From: a virus
Length of the DNA stretch: 64,000 nucleotides
IMG/VR virus record: IMGVR_UViG_3300042401_001747
Direction: 5' to 3' (one strand)
Below, one piece after another: positions 61,747 through 64,000 of the stretch. The translations under genes were made by a program, and so were the position numbers. The notes beneath the pieces are model-generated. The model was given only the letters and a program-made list of their open reading frames with translations, did no database searches and had not been told where the DNA came from. Positions within the stretch are counted from its first letter, which is position 1. Every line of letters starts with the position of its first letter.

Positions 61747-62450
61747 AAAAGACAAAAACGGACTACCTGTCCATGCAAAATAAGTATTATGACGAATATG
61801 CGAGTCAGTGGTCGCTGTCTTTCAGAGACCCTGTAGTTGGTTCGTACGATGCCCACAATAACTGGTCAGACTATGACACAGTTTTGTTTAAGGACTTTGA
61901 CACAAACGGTTTAGTTGCTCTTGAATATGGATGTGGTCCAGGACGAAACCTTGTGAAGTTTTCTGACCGTTTTGCAAGAATCGACGGAGTAGACATCTCT
62001 GATATCAATATTGAAAAAGCAAAGATAAATCTAGAACATAACAATATTTTTGACTCAAACCTTTACGTCACAAGTGGTGACAATTTGTCAATGATAGAAG
62101 AAAATACGTATGACGTTGTTTTTGCTGTTATTTGCTTTCAGCATATTTGTTCTCACGAGATTAGATTTAATATTCTTAAAGATATTTATCGAGTCCTAAA
62201 ACCAGGAGGAAAGCTTTGCTTCCAAATGGGGCACGGGGGTAAAGACGGAATTCCTACTGCTGGATATTTCGATGACATATTTGATGCGGCAAGCACTAAC
62301 GGGCATGCGGACGTAAGCATTACAGAAGAAGCAGACATACAAAAGGACCTCGTTGACGAGATTGGGTATACCAACTACAGGTCAGATATCAGAGATACTG
62401 GCCCTGGAGACAATCACAGAAACTGGATATGGATTCAGGTTGAAAAATGA
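61743..62450 (+). CDS. Class I SAM-dependent methyltransferase
   Basis: LEYGCGPGR, GVDIS, YDVVF, RVLKPGG. Confidence 0.9.
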   Translation: MKKTKTDYLSMQNKYYDEYASQWSLSFRDPVVGSYDAHNNWSDYDTVLFKDFDTNGLVALEYGCGPGRNLVKFSDRFARIDGVDISDINIEKAKINLEHNNIFDSNLYVTSGDNLSMIEENTYDVVFAVICFQHICSHEIRFNILKDIYRVLKPGGKLCFQMGHGGKDGIPTAGYFDDIFDAASTNGHADVSITEEADIQKDLVDEIGYTNYRSDIRDTGPGDNHRNWIWIQVEK

Positions 62451-62905
62451 AATTGATTGCTCATCGAGGCAACACGTCTGGCCCAAATCCGGAAACAGAA
62501 AACACCACCTCAGCAATTGACGAAGCTCTATCTCAAGGTTTTGACTCAGAAATAGATGTATGGATGTTTCATGGAAAGATTTTTCTTGGGCATGATTCTC
62601 CTTCTTTTGAGATAGACCCAGAATGGGTAGAAGAGAGAAGACACAAACTCTGGGTCCACTGCAAAAACACTGAAGCTTTAGGGTATTTCGCAGAAAAAGG
62701 GTTTAATTGTTTCTTTCACGACATAGACGCGTACACGCTGACGCTCGATGGTTTTGTTTGGGCATATCCAGGCATGCCAGCCGCGGGTAATAAATGCATA
62801 GCCGTTATGCCGGAATACGTATCTGACGTGCTGGAATATGATTTGTCAAAATACTTTGGTGTTTGTTCGGACTACGTTGTTGAGTTAAAGGAAAAAAATG
62901 ATTAA
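62447..62905 (+). CDS. GDPD/PLC-like phosphodiesterase (short form)
   Basis: LIAHRGN..ENT, EIDVW, LGHD, WVHCKN, GVCSD. Confidence 0.82.
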   Translation: MKLIAHRGNTSGPNPETENTTSAIDEALSQGFDSEIDVWMFHGKIFLGHDSPSFEIDPEWVEERRHKLWVHCKNTEALGYFAEKGFNCFFHDIDAYTLTLDGFVWAYPGMPAAGNKCIAVMPEYVSDVLEYDLSKYFGVCSDYVVELKEKND

Positions 62906-63695
62906 AGAAATAGATTACAGCAAACATTTTGTCATTGGAACCCCTCTGGTTCCGTGGAAGTGTGAGGCCGGAGAGCACTTGGATTGGCTTTCAAACAGGG
63001 CTCAAATAATCAAAAAGTTTCCAAACGTTAAATGGTTTGCCGCACTTGAGACAGATGCGCGCGGCGTTGAACCATTCCACGAGGTCATTACCGCACTTCG
63101 CGAAGTCAATGGTGATTACTGGACCTACTCAATAAACGACATGCAGGCAGAAGTTACTTCTAGTAATAGATGGATTCGCATAGAAACCGGCCGCAACTTA
63201 ATTCGAGAATTTGCCCAAAGACACAGGGTCACCTCTGGACACCACTGGGGAGAAGACTGCACCGAAGAAAACCTCGGGGTAGTTAATTATCAAGCAATCC
63301 TTTATGTTGACTCAGATATACAGCTAACGGTAGAAATTATTGAAAAAATGCTTGAGGTGGATAGACCTCTGGTTGGGGCAAACGTTGGGGCTTATTGCTT
63401 GTCCGGGAAAGTAATAAGTGAAAACCCTCCAATTGAAGAGCACTGGACCACAGCAGGGTGTCTTCTTGTTAATTCTCCAGCTTTTTACGACCTCCCGTGG
63501 TTTCATAACTCATACCTAAACCTAAGTGACGACCCTTCGTTTCAATCAATGGCGGAACGCCTGATGATGAGGGTTGGTGTTGAGAATCTTGACACACCAT
63601 ACGGGATGACTTGGGTGAGAAAAGACTTGGATGTTCAACATAAAGGCAGACTAAGCCCTATTGAAGAAAGAAACATTCCCAAGAGGGATATTTAA
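62898..63695 (+). CDS. Glycosyltransferase-like protein (GT-A)
   Basis: GRN..REFA, ILYVDSD, AGCLLV, SDD. Confidence 0.65.
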   Translation: MIKEIDYSKHFVIGTPLVPWKCEAGEHLDWLSNRAQIIKKFPNVKWFAALETDARGVEPFHEVITALREVNGDYWTYSINDMQAEVTSSNRWIRIETGRNLIREFAQRHRVTSGHHWGEDCTEENLGVVNYQAILYVDSDIQLTVEIIEKMLEVDRPLVGANVGAYCLSGKVISENPPIEEHWTTAGCLLVNSPAFYDLPWFHNSYLNLSDDPSFQSMAERLMMRVGVENLDTPYGMTWVRKDLDVQHKGRLSPIEERNIPKRDI

Positions 63696-63752
63696 TTGCA
63701 TACATTATAAATAGCATGATGTAAAATTGTTTCTGTCGGGAGAGGACAGAGA

Positions 63753-64000
63753 TTGAGGATTGGTAAGAGAACAATAAGGCTGCGTCCTAGCGCATGGGTT
63801 TTTTTGCCTGTGCTTATTCTTTCGTTTTTTGCTCCTCCGACGTTCAGTTCTAAAGCATCAACAGTTATCACGAATGGCGGATTCAACGGTTCTGACGGCT
63901 GGACCATAGTCCAGAACGGTGGAAGCGGAATGGCTTTCAATAGCGCCCTTCAGTTTTCTTATGCAACTGGAGAAGTTAGCCAATCTTTTGCAGTAGAACC
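63753..64000 (+). CDS. Exported protein, N-terminal fragment (runs off window)
   Basis: TTG start after GGGAGAGGA; MRIGKRTIRLRPSAWVFLPVLILSFFAPPTFSSKA-STVITNGGF..GW; open to window end; not in ORF track. Confidence 0.65.
   Translation, partial: MRIGKRTIRLRPSAWVFLPVLILSFFAPPTFSSKASTVITNGGFNGSDGWTIVQNGGSGMAFNSALQFSYATGEVSQSFAVE

Noticed and set aside
63692-63940. Minus-strand 82-aa ORF
   Set aside because: The plus-strand frame from 63753 has an RBS and signal peptide and explains the region better

Overview
This is a 64-kb piece of a large tailed (myovirus-type) phage genome. The host is probably an actinobacterium, judging from many leaderless TAnnnT-N6/7-ATG starts and actinophage-style tail and holin proteins. 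Left to right: (1) a >1300-aa minus-strand ORF that the ORF track misses because it runs off the left edge. It is an HK97-type prohead protease fused to a HiPIP-like 4-Cys domain, an ArdC-N/HExxH metallopeptidase module and an SF1 (UvrD-like) helicase. (2) Portal, a divergently transcribed TerL, and a Rad52/Sak, RecB-like nuclease, HNH, RuvC block. (3) A ParB / PAPS-reductase-like (IbrA/IbrB-like) module. (4) A complete neck-sheath-tube-chaperone-tape measure-baseplate operon with a hairpin-supported -1 frameshift. (5) A ~22-kb minus-strand block of modular collagen (Gly-X-Thr), Gly-rich and His-rich fibre genes, with an embedded cytochrome P450, flavin-dependent halogenase, 2OG-Fe(II) oxygenase and glycosyltransferase. 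(6) A plus-strand glycosylation cluster. The strongest novelty candidates are the protease-led cargo polyprotein (repeated linker motifs, A10 slip site), the putative virion-protein tailoring cluster around a His-rich fibre, and a TAGTTGCA-N22-TAnnnT promoter motif. All product calls come from motif recognition by eye; no searches were run. No rRNA, tRNA or CRISPR array was recognised.
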